64,000 nucleotides of DNA from Mobula hypostoma (lineage: Eukaryota), in the NCBI RefSeq assembly GCF_963921235.1, contig NC_086097.1, positions 137,456,001 through 137,520,000 on the forward strand. Direction: 5' to 3'. Below are positions 12,901 through 27,900 of the stretch, in pieces (positions within the stretch are counted from its first letter, which is position 1; each line of letters opens with the position of its first letter). The notes under the pieces are model-generated. The model searched no databases and was not told the origin of the DNA. It saw nothing but the letters and a program-made list of their open reading frames with translations. The position numbers and the translations under genes were made by a program.

Positions 12901-15900
12901 AGCCCACATAAACACCTAATCTCCAGCTGAGTTAAGATACCCTCAAAAACAATTAAGTTTATTCGGACACAATCCAACTTTCACAAACTAATGCTGCCTG
13001 CTTACTCAATTGAACCAGGCCAAGCATCTAGTTCCTCTGTGCCAAGTGACAGACCCAGATTTGAATACCCTGTCACATCATTGACCCACTCTTTCTCTCA
13101 TGAAAGAAAACCAAAATTACATTTGTACGTTTTGCACATAGAAGCACAAATCTTAAGTCTGAAGAGTTACACAAAATTCTGCACCATTTCTCAATCCTTT
13201 TTCTCCCCAATATCATTGGGTGGAAATCAACAAGCCTTGGGGAGATTTTTCCTTTAACCCCATCCCCATTTCTTTCCAATGGACACTGATTCCCAAAAAT
13301 TTCACACCATCACAGATTATAGATTGCTTATATACTTTCTTTATCAAGCAAATTATGGTTGGGATCAATCTGAGTGCAATCAAATGCATACAAGTTTAAT
13401 TTTCAAATGATTTTCACCCACTCCAAAGCAAACAAACCAAAGAGACTACACTATTTAAATTGTTCTGCATAAACTCATAGCCCATTGTTTGAAACAGAAT
13501 TTTTCATCAGTTTTACAAATTAAATAGCAAGGGTACAGACTGTATATGCCCATGTGAACAGATATCATACTCTTTTTGCTGACAAGTTGCAATGGATCTA
13601 ATAAAGCTAACTACTCCTTGATAAAACACATATGGTTAGGAAGGGAAGGAAACAATTTTTCAGTGGATAAAAAAAAATACACACGAGTCCAATTAAGTTC
13701 CCTAGTTGCAAATGTTTAACTTACCTCAACAGCCACAATCAGCAAGACAAGCTCTACACTGTTACTCTGAAAAAGACTCTTTACTTGGGGTGACATCCCA
13801 ATCAATGCACAATTGGTCATCACGGAAATAATTCCCATTGTTTCAAAGGCTAGCTGTAAAAATAAGAAAATACTCAATAAAAGCTCCATATTAATGAGAG
13901 GTCTTGGGACTAAATCATTATAAATAAATAGCAAACAAGGACTAACATTTGCCCCAAAATTATCCATAAAGATTTTAAGCATGGTAAATAACAATTGTTG
14001 AAAATAAAATACTCAAGTAAATAAATGGCAAACATTTTGTACAACTTTAAATCCAGACAGCAGTAACTAGAAAAATTCCCCACTCTAAAAACTAATTAAA
14101 TGCAGTATTTCTAACCACTTGCACTAACAGCATCCCACAGTGATCACTGTTTCATGTTCTTCATGAGTTTTAAATTCTTTGTATCATCAAACAAGTTGGA
14201 GAGTCCAGCTGCAAAGAGTGGCAAAGAGACAAACCTAATACAGTATTTGAATGATCTAATATACCAAAAAGATGCAAAAGCTAAAGTGGATTCCAGTTAA
14301 TTGGCACACATCAGGGCCAGTACATTTCGGCCCAATTAAGTGGCTGACCCAATTAGCTAAGGTTACATGGAAATAGTTTAAAAGGTATAAAAGACAAACT
14401 ACCATTTAACTGAGTAACAAATTGAGTATTTAAATGAAATACAGAATTGGAACACTACCATACTGTAAAATTGTATTAATTCCTAATAGTTATATGCAAA
14501 GGAATTCAAAGTATGCTGAGGTATTCTTTTGATTGACTAAATGAACAAAATCACCACAGACACCTAATGCAGCTAGGAGTCTGCCTTCAAACAGTGCTTT
14601 TGACGATTGCATCCTCCAAATCTTCATTTTAATTGTAACTTTCAAGATTATTGTGAACACCTCCAAATTCTTTACTACTAACTTGAAGTAGTGAAATCAT
14701 TTCATTTTCACATCCGGCCATTTTTGGCATCTCCAAGCCTGAATGCTTGAAACTGCAGTGCGCAAGAGAGTTCTGAATTGTCTTACTGTTTACTACATGG
14801 AGACTATCAGTGACAAAAATCACTGCTTTTGAATATAAGCATCACAAGTGATGCTATTGAAAAACTGTTCACTCTAAGCACGGTGTAGTGTTGAATGGCC
14901 ATACAACCTGCATGCTACTGACACTAGTTATAAAATGTTCAGCAGGTCTCCTGTCCCAATTAGGTGGCAGTGTGTCCCAAATAAATGAAGGGAATTCTGG
15001 CTATTTTCTCAAATAGTTTTTATTTTTAAGAGTTGCCCCTAATACGCAGCTGCCTTGATTAACTGATGGCTCAATTAACTGGAATCCATTGTACTGCAAA
15101 TATGAGAAGTGGAAAACAAGAGCAGTAAATGTTGTAAACGCCAGCAGGTGGGGCTAGTTGGGAGCATTCCAATGAAGGATCACTAACCTGACATGTCAAC
15201 TCAGTTTGGAACAACAGAATATTTTATTTTTACTTTATTTAGAGCGGAGGTTCCCAACATGGGGCTCACAAACCCCTTGGTTAATGGTAGGGGGCCATGG
15301 CATAAAGGTTCATAACCCCTGGTTTAGAGATACAGCATGGTAACATGCCCTTCGAGCCCAACAAATCCATGCTGCCCATATTAACCTATTAATCCATACA
15401 TCTTTGGAATGTGGGAGGAAACCTGAGCACCAAGAGGAAACAAACTCCTTACAGACAGTGGAGTTGAACCTGGGTCACTGGTGCTCTACAAGCATGATGC
15501 TAACCATTACACTACCATGCTGCCAGAACATGAAAATGTAAGAAGATAAGGAGCCACGGGCTATATGCCTACTCAAGCATAATCCACCTTTCATTAAGAT
15601 CCTGTATCTCGCCAGTCTGGAATCCTTTCATGATCAGCTTCAGCCTCAGCTTCACGTTTACTCAAATGTGCATTCATTAAGAGATTGGGATCAGAATCAA
15701 GTTTATCACGGTCTTATATGATGTGAAATTTGTTGTACTGCTGCAGAAGTACGGTGCGAAGGTATAACATTACTATAAATTACAAAATAGTGCAACAAAA
15801 AGAATATTGAGGTAGAAATCGCGGACCTTCTGTAAATCTGATGACAGAGGGCAAAAAGCTAATCTCAAAATGTTGAATGTGGGTCTTTAAGCTTCTGTAG

Positions 15901-18900
15901 CTACTCTTTGGTAGTAATGACATGTCCCAGGTGGGGAGGGTCCATAACGATAAATGCCATCTTCTTGAGGCACGTGGAATGGGTGTGCTCATATTGGGGC
16001 TGGCCAAGTCGCCAAACCTCTGCAACTTCTTGTGATCCTGTGCATTGGAACCTCCATACCAGACTGTGATGCAGCCAGTCAGAACGCTCACTTCCAAATA
16101 GGTGGAAATCTCAGGAGCCTTTGTGATCTACCAAATCTCCTCAAGCTTCTGATGGAGTAGAGCCAACTGTGTGCCTTCTTTATGACTGCATCAATGTGTT
16201 GGAGGTCTGGACAGATCCTCACATCCGAGCATCAGATTGAGTCTCTAGTTTCACAAAGAATTGACATTTCACTCTTACGACGGCTTTCTGGATTGCTAAT
16301 CATTAATGTCACTGATTAACCCTCAGTAGTACACTGAATCTCCTGGTTCTGGTTTGGGTATTTTCTGGAAAGAACATAGTCTTTCATACACATCTTGATG
16401 AGGTCTGTGATGTTTGTGGAATATTCATTCAGATCCACAGATGAATTTTGAATATAGTCCAGTCCACTGATTCAACACAGTTCCTTAAGTGCTTCTCTAC
16501 CTCCCTTGACCGTACATTCATGGTCCTCAGTCTCTGCCTATACACTGGGGGTAGAAGTACAGCCTGGCAATTGGATTTACCAAATTGCGATGGCATGGTA
16601 CGCATACTTGATAATGGTGTAACTGCAGCTGAGTGTTGGCTCCTTGAATTCCACAAGGACTTTAAGACACTTCAAACTGGCCTGGTTGAAGTCCCCCCAC
16701 AATGATCAGGAAGGCATCAGGGTAAGCTGCCTCATGAATGGTGATCATGGTGCTCAGCTCCCCCAGTGTAGGCCTGACGTTTGCCAGGGTGGAATGTACA
16801 CTACGACCAGGAAGACAGTGGAGAACTCCCTTGGCTGATCGAGCGGATGTCATTTGACTGCCAGATACTGTATTCAGACCCAGTCCTGTCCCCCTGATCT
16901 GAACTGCTATGTCTGTGCACCACAGTGGGTTAATTACGAAGCTAACACTGCCACCTCTACATTTACCCGATGACGCTGTTGGTCCATGTGGTGGATAGTG
17001 AAGTCCTCAGACTAGAGTGCTATGTCTCTGTGAAGCAGTGTACACAACAGTCCCCGATTATCCTTCTGGTACTGTAATCCTACAGAGGTCTTCAGTATTA
17101 TTTTCCAGAGATTATACATTAGCCAATAGGTGATGGAGGGGCCTTAGGGCCCTGTGCTTCAGTTTCACCTGGAGTCCTCACCAGCAGCCATTTATCTCTC
17201 CTGGAGATGCGCTCTGAGCTTCTAGCTGCTGCACTTGTTCTCTGGGTGGTCTGGAGACACAGATCTACTAGTTCTGAAGATAGCTGGTTCTTTTAAATTA
17301 CTTGAAGCAATGTTACTTACTACAGTGTATGTGGTTTCAGACTTCAGCAAAAGTAATTGTGAGCAGGAATACTGAGCTGCACACAATAAGTCACCCTTCT
17401 CCAGCACCATTTTTGAGATGAAAGCATTCCAAAGTCCACTACCCTCTGCATAAACAAAATTCCTCTTACATCATTCCCATTCTCCCCCTCCTTCTCCTGG
17501 ATCCACGTTTCACCTACCAGCTTTTGTTCTACTCCTCTAACCCTCCCCCTCCCTTCACAGATGCTGACTGACCCACTGAGTTCCTCCGGAGTTGCTCCAG
17601 ATTTTCAGCCTCTGTACCCTCTTGGAACCCCCGTACCCTGAGACCATGATCCTGTGGTTTCAGACTCCCCAGCCCAGGGAAACAACTTCTCAGTTTCTAT
17701 CCTCTATCAATACCCCTCGTAATCATACTCATTTCAACAAGATTACCTCTCATTCTTCTCAAATGCATTAGAAAACAGGCAATAATTCTACTCACCAACC
17801 AAACTCCTATATCAGCTGCAGGCTCGAGGAATGGCCTTTGGAAGACATTACACATTTTAAGCCCATCAGAATAGACTTCAGTGATGTTGTTCAAAACTGC
17901 TAATATGGCAGCAAGTGGGTAGACACACGAGAAAAGACTGACAAAGCCAAATTGTTGAAACAGTTCCAAGTAATCATCAAATGTTCCCTGTGAGAACATG
18001 GAAAACAAGAGTTAAAAATCATATTTATTGCTTTACAAAGGATCATCAGCTGTGAATCAGCAAATGACACTCTCATCTGAATTATCAGGCCTCAAGCCTC
18101 CCTCTTAACATGCTTGATATTGTATTAAGAATACTGCACTGTGAGATGGTGCTGTCTTTTGGATGTCCTAAAGGTGCTTTACAGTTAATGGAGTATTTTT
18201 TTTTCAGCCAGTCACTGTTGTAAATGCGGGAACTACTCCAGCCAATTTGTATAATGAACAACAACCAGCAATTACATCATTGTTCGGATTGGTTGAGTTT
18301 GGCCAGATCACAAGATAAATTATTTTTTAAAAGGTTAGAGCCACAAGATTTTTAACCCATGTGAAGGATCATATGATTTAACATCTCATCCAAAAGAAAG
18401 CAGTGCTGACAACACAGAACCTCTGTACAACACTATGGAGTCAGTCTAGATTGTGTGTTTGGGGCTTTGGAGGGAGACTTGAATTGACATCTTTTGATTC
18501 ACAGGCAAATGAAGTTATGACTAAGGTAGAAGACACTCTTAAGTGTTTGAGGGACTCTGATGAAAATCTAAAGGCCACATAACCTTGTAACTGTGACATA
18601 AGCATACCAAATATCTGTCCATTTCTCCTTCCATCTTGACTTGGTCAACCAATGGAAGTTCCTTTCCTAAACTTGTAATTCGAAGTTTCTTCTTGATGTT
18701 CCTGTTACGATGTTTTTGTAGCCAGTAAGGAAACAACGATTCCACAAACTGGTTGAGTATCTGTGAGGTGATGAGTAAGGCAGCCAGATTCTATAATGGG
18801 CACAAAACATACCAGAATATTTTTAATGTTAATGCAGATCTATTTTGCTTTATTGAACATTTTCTCTTTGACCCACAAAGTCCAGCATTGTGCATCTTGG

Positions 18901-21900
18901 CCAAGTAACCATTACTCACTAATTAGATTCCATTGCATGTATTGGAACTAGTTCTAGATATAATGCTTCACACCAGTGCACCGTGCATCTACCTCTGAAT
19001 CACACAGCACAAGAGGCCGCTTGTCATTTTGGTTCTGTGCAGTTTTATGCCTTCCCTCTGTTCATTTACTAGAGTCATGCAAACATATGATTACATATCG
19101 TATGAATTCAATTCTTTTTTTAAAAAAAAGACTGCAGTGGAATTTACTCCCATCACTCCTTCATGCACCATAACTGTTGGAAATATTTCCTCTTTAAAAA
19201 CCACACTTAAATCTTCACAATTTCTTCTCCTATCCCTAAAGATATCTGAAATCTTTCATAGTAGGTACCATTCCAGTTCTAAAGTCCTGATAGACTTCCT
19301 AAAATATGAGGTACAGAATCACATAATACAGCAGATGGCCCGGTATTTTTTTATATATCTAGTTCATGTAATTTAACTGCCTGTGTATGAAACCAAAAAT
19401 CCTGTTTGTGTTAGTTTGCACTATCTTCTTCAATGATTTAATGCTAGATTTCTTTAGTTCCTACACCTATCTTTCAATTGCTCAAAAGCAGGTTATTAGC
19501 CAGTTTCCTTTCCCCAGCATTAGATAAATGAATACCAAGAGGTTTCTGGTCTGACTGGGATAACCTTATCGAGCTTTCAAGGAGATTGAAGACTTTAAAT
19601 GTCAAATTACATCTGACGTTATTTGAGCTGGAGATTAGATTTAATACTTTTAATGATGAGGAATTTCAACAGTTACCAGCCAGCACAAACATTAAGCATG
19701 GCTATAGCAAGAAGATAACCGGCTGGTGGCGTAGTGGCATCAGCGCTGGACTTTGGGGCAGAAGATCCAGAGTTCGAATCCAGCCGGCTCTCGTGCACGC
19801 TTTCCATCCATGCTGAGTTGAGCGTCCAGCTAGCAGCTCAGCCTCCTAAAAAAGAAATTGCCTGCTACAGAAACATCAACAGCAAAAAGTTGATGGCCTA
19901 TGCTCTCTCATGAGATTAAAGGCAATTTCTTCTTCTTCTATAGCAAGACGACAGCAGTATGTTGCATCTATCATGCACGTCAATGTGCCGTAGCATTCTA
20001 TGTTGTGCTTGTTTGAGATTAGGGCCAGATGAAGAACAGAGAGAACCAAAGGAAAGAGTTTACAAATAGACAATAATGAAGCTAAGGAACAGAAAAATAT
20101 ATTTAAAATTGGAGTCAAGACTATTTGAAGGAGCAAGTTGGGGCATAGTTCAGCACATCAAAAAGATGTGCATTTCTGTAGGTATTCCATGAACTGAGAA
20201 TCTCAAAATGCAGTCTGCAGACAGTGATGTACAAATGAGGTCTGGTCAGTGGAGTAATGAAGGAAACATACCATTTTTAAATGGCATGCTTCCATGAACA
20301 GCAATGAGAAATTAAATAATGTTTTTTAGTGCTGTTGACTGGGAGATAAACATTAACCAAAGTTGTTTTATATTCAAGAAGAATGTACAAGAAAAAAGAA
20401 GACAGACAAGAATAAACAAGGGAGAATTCAAAATGACTTCTGTGACATGAAATTTCAGTATCATTCCTAATCTTCTGAGCTGACAAGGGTGCTGTTCATA
20501 CAGAAAGGAAGATCTGACATTCAGTCAAACAAGATACACTTATGGAGCAAGACTTATACAACAGAATATAAACAGAAAATACTTAATAGATCAAGCAGCA
20601 TCCATGGACAGAAAAACAGTTAACATTTCAGATCAGTGACTTTTCATTAGAGCTAGAAAAAGATGGAAATCAAACACGTTTTAATTTGAATGAGGAAGGG
20701 TTGGAGAACAAAGGAAATGTCTGTGATGGTGTACTGTAGTGTGTGTGTGCACGCGCACCACTGAAGTCAGGGTCACATTTGCACACCAACCGCTTGATAG
20801 CACATAGATACACAACTTTTGCTGTCCAAGTAAAAAAATGCAATAGTTGCAGATGACTGTTTTTCCACGATAGTACTAATGACTTGGATGTATAAGGAAT
20901 CCCTTCAAAATCTGTAGAAACATACATCAAAAGCATAGAAAAAGAGGGGAGTTAAAAGATTCAAGAGGATAAAGACAGACTGGTGAAATACACAGATACA
21001 TGGCAAATGGGAATAATTGCAGAGATACGTAAAATGATATATTTTGGTAAAATGAACAAAAAGGTAATAGAATGCATCCACATATCTTTAAAACTGCCAG
21101 GACTGATCGAGCTGAAGGGATTCTCAGCCTTATAAACAGAGATGTAGAAAGGGACAAAACCAAGGTGATTAGGTTAAACCTTTAGAAAACACTGCTTTGA
21201 CCAGTTCGGCTAAGGGGCATATTTCTGTGCTATATAACTAAGACCGAAACTAGAATATTAAATCCATTTCTGGTCACTGCCCTGACAACCAAGAGAGAGA
21301 ACAGGAACAATCCAGAGATAGAACATAGAATAGTACAGCACAGTACAGGCCCTTCGGCCCACAATATTGTGCTGACCCTCAAACCCTGCCTCCCATATAA
21401 GCCCCCAACTTAAATTCCTCCATATACCTGTCCAGTAGTCTCTTAAACTAGTGTATCTGCCTCCACCACTGACTCAGACAGTGCATTCCACGCACCAACC
21501 ACTCTCTGAGTAAAAAACCTTCCTCTAATATCCCCCTTGAACTTCCCACCCCTTACCTTAAAGCCATGTCCTCTTGTATTGAGCAGTGGTGCCCTGGGGA
21601 AGAGGCGCTGGCTATCCACTCTACCTATTCCTCTTATTATCTTGTACACCTCTATCATACTTCATACTTTCTGTTCCAATTGTGTTCTTTCCTGTAAAAA
21701 CTGAGTAAATTTATGTGTTCATGTGAATGCTGCTTATATGACACCATGTGTCTGATACTGTCGCAGGTACATTTTTCTTTGCACAAGTGCATAAATGTAG
21801 TTAGTCTATGATGATAAATTTCAAACCTCAAAACTCAAAATAAGTTTATTATCAAAGTTCATGTATATCAGCACATACAACCCCGAGTGTCCATTTCTGT

Positions 21901-24900
21901 GGGCATTCACAATAAATATAAAAAAGCACAACAGATTCAACAAAAAACCACACAAAACAAAATGGCCAAACAACCACTGTGCAAAAGACAACAAACTGTG
22001 CAAATATAGAAAGAAAAAACACAAAATAATAGAGTCCTGGAAAGTGAGCCTATAGGTTGTGGAAACAGTTCTATGTCGGCAAGAGTGAATTTGAGTGAAG
22101 ATATCTACTCTGGTTCAGAGCCTGATGGTTAGCCTGATAAGGGGTAATAACTGTTCATGAACATGGTGGTGTGGGTCCTGAGGCTCCTGTCCCTGCTTCC
22201 TGATGGCAGCAGTGAGAAAGGAGCATGGAATGGATGGCATGGGTCCTTTTTGATGGATAATGCTTTCCTATGAACATGCTCCATGTAGATAGCTTTACTC
22301 TTGTTGGCCTGGGACATGTCCACTAATTTTTGTAGGATTTTCCATTCAAGGGCATTGGTCTTTCTATACCAGGCCATGATACAATATACTGCACACTCCC
22401 TCAGACATCTAGAGTATGAAGTTTGAAAAATTTAGACGTCTTTTAGACCTCTCCCTATAGTAGAAAAAGTTGAGAAGTGCTACTTTAGATTTGTTAAAGG
22501 GTCTGGATAAAATAATGGCTTCTACAGGCTGAAGAGTCAAGAACTAAGGTACAGATTTAGTAACTGACAAAAAAAAACCCAGATATGAAATGAAGAAACA
22601 TTTTTGCACACAGCAGGTAGTCATTGATCTGGGTGATGAAAACACATTCAATTGTTACTTTAAGAAAAAGAAAAGAGAAATACGGAGAAAGCAAGAAAAC
22701 AAAACTGATAGCCCATGCATAAGGATGGCCTTGATGTAAATTGACTCCTACAGGCTGCAATAGTTGTGGTCCTGTGATGTTAAGAGATTGAGGATAAGTA
22801 CCAACCACACTAGGACTGTAATTTGCCAGTAGGACAAACAGTAGCTTAAGAAGCAAAAAACAAAATGTGGAGAGAAGACACTTTTAGGAAACTGCTGAAT
22901 AACTAGAGACCCTTTGCTGAAAAACTGCAATTTTTATTATTGCCTACTAATGACACACAGCAAGCAAATCAGTTACTGTAAGTCAGTTAACTGCAAAATC
23001 ACTTACCTGTCGTAGAAGTTTCATATCCTGAAGAATAAAAGCGATATAGAAGAGGGATGCAAAACAATTTATGAAATTGAACTGGAAAGATGAAAATTAT
23101 TTGTGTAAGGAAATCATTGAGACAGGGTAACAATTCAAAACTTCAACATTAGAATAAAATAAAACTTGTTATTTTTATTTTGATGGTTACTTTGATACTG
23201 TAACTTCAGCTGTTCTTACATTAGCAAAAAACACCATGAAATTTATAATTTTGAATGCCGTTGAAGCGTCATATTTGTCAGTCCCTCCACATTGCCCCAT
23301 TCTCCCTCTGCACAGCTTGCCAAGTTATCAATTCATGCAGCAAAGTGGAGTAATGAAGTAAGTACCACTAATGGAGTTTTACCCCTTGAGATGATGTTTG
23401 ATTGACTTTGTTTTCAAATGTGAACTGTCTTCACTGGTTGCATTAATTTCCTGTCCTTCCCCCTCTGGCATTTATTGGTATCTCCTGATTTTACTTTTCT
23501 TCTATTCAGCAATGACAACCCTTAAATATTCAAAGAATGTTACTACACAAGTCTTGTAATTATCTGTAGGCTGTATGACTGTGGCACTTAAGACTGACAC
23601 CATCATTATCCAACAATAAAGTATGGTCACTGACAGATAATTATGGAAACTGATCTAACCACTCTGGAACAGAACATGGAAAATTCAGGAAATGCCACTA
23701 TTTTAGTAATTGTTACACAGCAATTACAAACAATGAGGCCACGCAGTCTAATTTGTCAGTTCCGGTAGTTATGCCCCACACTGTTTCTTCACCTAATGGC
23801 ACCAGCACATCTTTCTACTCCTCCTTTCAATATGATAATGCCTCAACTCTTGTTTGGCATATAGTTTTTCTTTGTAATTCCTTAATGGATTTATTGGTGA
23901 TTAACGTATCGTTGATCCCTTGTATTGGGACGCGCTGCAAGTGGGATCGTTGACTTTGTCAAAACCCTTCATAATCTGAAATCCCTCAGATAAACTTATC
24001 TATGGAGAAGTCACAACTGAATGGTCACTGGCAGTCTTCATTATAAATGACCTGAAGTTGAACTAATAATCCAGCGGCCTAAACATGCATTCAAAACTTA
24101 GTGCTTTGATCACCGTTCAGTTCATATCAACTGATTTTCTCTAATTATGTGTAAAAAAAAGAACATTAAATAAATCACAGGCTCCTCAAACCTCAGAAGA
24201 AAAAAAAAGATCATGGCCAATGGGCATCTTAACATTAAACACCAGCCTTGAATATATATTATTTTCTTTCATAGGCCCGTGACCCGGACTTCGATCAGTG
24301 CCGGACTTCGGGACGAAAGGTCGCCGGTTCGAATCCAGCCGGCTCTCCTGCATGCTTTCTGTCCGTGCTGGGTTATGAGCTGGTGATCTCTTTGGAAACT
24401 CACCCGGCAGAAGGCAATGGCAAACCACTGCTGTAACTTGCCTCGTACGGGGTTACCCACTACATCAGAGAGGCGTGGAGGGAAATCGTTCGCTAACCGG
24501 AGAAACTCCGGATGTGACGTACCTTTCCTTTTCCATAGGCCAGTAAACATTAACCAACATCCAGATTAATGCATTTTGTGGGAGACTGACAGTACAGATT
24601 TTATAAAGAAATTTCTAATCTACCAATCCTTTCAATAAAAAAACACTTGTCCTATGTACTTTTGATACTGGGCCAGCTGATGTAATATCTCTTCAATCTA
24701 ACCCTCAGAGCTCTGCTCCTTTGAATACCGTGGGTGACATTATGAGAAACTGAGGTCTTTTATTAAACTTACCACCAATACTTTGAGAACTAAGTGATTC
24801 TGATACGATGACTCAAGCCTGTGGTTTTCTACAAACACAGAATATGTACATCAATCAGTAAAATGAGGGACAAACAAAAAAAAACAAGAGAATATGGAAT

Positions 24901-27900
24901 GATATTTCTTACTGAAGTGGCAGAGTTACAGAATATAAACCACAGACATATGCCTTTCAGTCTAACCTGTTTGTCCTTTATCTTATCCTTTCATACATCT
25001 TTCTATTTGACTATTACCTAAGGGTTTCCTTTCAAAAGCATTAGTTACTGAGGCTACTATGGGAGGCGGGGGAGGAGATTGCTGAGCCTCTGGTGATGAT
25101 CTTTGCATCATCAATGGGGACGGGAGAGGTTCCGGAGGATTGGAGGGTTGTGGATGTTCTTCCTTTATTCAAGAAAGGGAGTAGAGATAGCCCAGGAAAT
25201 TATAGACCAGTGAGTCTTACTTCAGCCGTTGGTAAGTTGATGGAGAAGATCCTGAGAAGCAGAACTTATGAACATTTGTAGAGGTATAATATGATTAGGA
25301 ACAGTCAGCATGGCTTTGTCAAGGGCAGGTCATGCCTTACAAGCCTGATTGAATTTTTTGAGGCTGTGACTAAACACATTGATGAAGGAAGAGCAGTAGA
25401 TGTAGTGTATATGGATTACAGCAAGGCATTTGATAAGGTACCCATGCAAGGTTTATTGAGAAAGTAAGGAGGCATGGGGTCCAAGGGGACATTGCTTTGT
25501 GGATCCAGATCTGGCTTGCCCACAGAAGGCAAAGAGTGGTTGTAGACAGGTCGGCGACCTGTGGTGTGCCTCAGGGATCTGTTCTGGGACCCTTACTGTT
25601 TGTGAATTTTATAAATGACCTGGATGAGGAAGTGGAGGGATGGGTTAGTAAGTTTGCTGATGACACAAAGTTGGGGGTGTTGTGGATAGTATGGAGGGCT
25701 GTCAGAGGTTACAGTGGGACATTGATAGGATGCAAAACTGGGCTGAGAAGTGGCATATGGAGTTCAACCCAGATAAGTGTGAAGTGGTAGGTCAAGTATG
25801 ATGGCAGAATATAGTATTAATGGTAAGACTCTTGGCAGTGTGGAGGATCAGAGGGATCTTGGGGTCTGAGTCCATAGGACGCTCAAAGCAGCTGCACAGG
25901 TTGACTCTGTGGTTAAGAAGGCATACGATGTACAGTATTCGCCTTCATAAATTGTGGAATTGAATTTAGGAGCCAAGAGGTAATGTTGCAGCTATATAGG
26001 ACCCTGGTCAGGCCCCACTTGGAGTACTGTGCTCAGTTCTGGTTGCCTCACTACAGGAAGGATGTGGAAACCATAGAAAAGGTGCAGAGGAGATTTACAA
26101 GGATGTTACCTGGATTGGGGAGCATGCCTTATGAAAACAGGTTGAGTGAACTTGGCCTTTTTTCCTTGGAGCGACGGAGGATGAGAGATGACCTGATAGA
26201 GGTGTGTAGGATGATGAGAGGCATTAATTATGTGGATAGTCAGAGGCTTTTTTCCCCAAAGGCTGAAATGGTTGCCACAAGAGGACACAGGTTTAAGGTG
26301 CTGGGGAATAGGTACAGAGGAGATGTCAAGGGTAAGTTTGTTGTTTATTTTTTTTTAATAAACGCAGAGGGGGGTGAGTGTGTGGAATGGGCTGCCGGCA
26401 ACAGTGGTGGAGGCAGATACGACAGGGTCTTTTAAGAGACTTTTGGATAGGTACATGGAGCTTAGAAAAGTAGTGGGCTATGGGTAACCCTAGGTAATTT
26501 CTAAGGTAGGGACATGTCGGCACAATTTTGTGGGCCAAAGGGCCTGTATTGTGCTGTAGGTTTTCTATGTTTCTATATGTTTCTAGTTATTTACCTCAGC
26601 TACAGCCTATGGCAGCAAGACTCCATATTCTAATCAGTCTCTGAGCACAGTAATATATACCTTTTTGTAAATACTATACAATCTTACTTCAATAATTACT
26701 TAATTGAAAATCAAGTTTTATTATTGCTCATGGATCACTTGGTAGCATTTTTGCCACAGAATCAAAAGGTTATCGGTACAAGTTCCTCGTGCACAAAGAC
26801 TGAAATGACCATTGCAGCACCGAAGAGTTGCTGCATGGTTGTAGGTAATGGCTTTCAGGTGAGATGTTAAACTGGAACCTTGTCTGTTCTCTTCGGCGAA
26901 ATAAAAAATTCTTATGACAGTTCTGTTGGTAATTATTATTACCTTCAGCTAACGTAACTGGTCATTTTTCAGTGACCATAGAATCCTTTTCTGCAAAAAG
27001 AACTGCTAACATTAAAAAAGTGACTGCTTCAATGGCTACAAAATGCCTTCTAATATCCCGAGATAAAGAGAAACACATCACTTTATTATTTTAAAAGTTA
27101 TCAGACTAAGTTTATATTAGTTTTATTCTATTACTTCTCCAAAAGTTGATAATGTAATTCCTAGCAAGCTAACAAAACTACAGGAACCATCAACAGAAGA
27201 TCTGCTCTTTAAAATGCAGATGGCGTAGCAGATTCTCCAACGCTGTACACTATTTCTGCAGAGGAAATTTTAAAACTTCCTGTTTATGTCTTGTGGAAAT
27301 CTGTTGTAAAAATCTGTACTACTTTATTCAGTCGTGACATATTTACTTCTAATATGCACAGCTTCATTTCAATTACGTGTACATCTTGCACAGACAAATT
27401 TTTACTAGATTCACAATGGTTACAATCATTTAAGATAGTCTAATAGAGATGCAAGAATGGTTCAGGGCTTATTTGTGACTCTGGAAGTTGTATTTCCCCC
27501 CCATTTCATGGCTACACTCCAACTGGAATGGCATTAGCAGATTGGCATCAGGAAATGAAAGGGGAAAAAAAAAGAAATATTTAGAAAATCACCTAGTATC
27601 CATTAAGAAAAAAATACTAATTTTTAATGGTCAATTTCCATTAGGAACTTCCAAAAGAAGGGACTTTTTGCATTCCTACACCTTTCTAAACAAGAAGACG
27701 GCCCAGCATTTAAAAATCCACAAAGTGCCAATAAACCCAGCATGAAGTTTGCATGCAGCAAGTTTGTTTTAAAGTGAATTTGGTGTAAAATAAATATAGG
27801 TCATGACATTTGGGAAACACTAATTCGCACAGTGCCATGGGATCTATATGCAAGACAGGGACTTAGTTAACATCTGCCAGAAAGTGACCCATGGATAACA

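Noticed and set aside
18050..18520. Ancient Deu/SacSINE-like fragments (also ~8490-8650, ~26730-27070, ~37990-38330)
   Set aside because: The resemblance is from memory only, and the sequence is too decayed to set boundaries or family without a profile search.
19718..19790. tRNA gene (also ~24290 and ~61205)
   Set aside because: A and B boxes are present, but they run on into a SINE body and tail bounded by TSDs.
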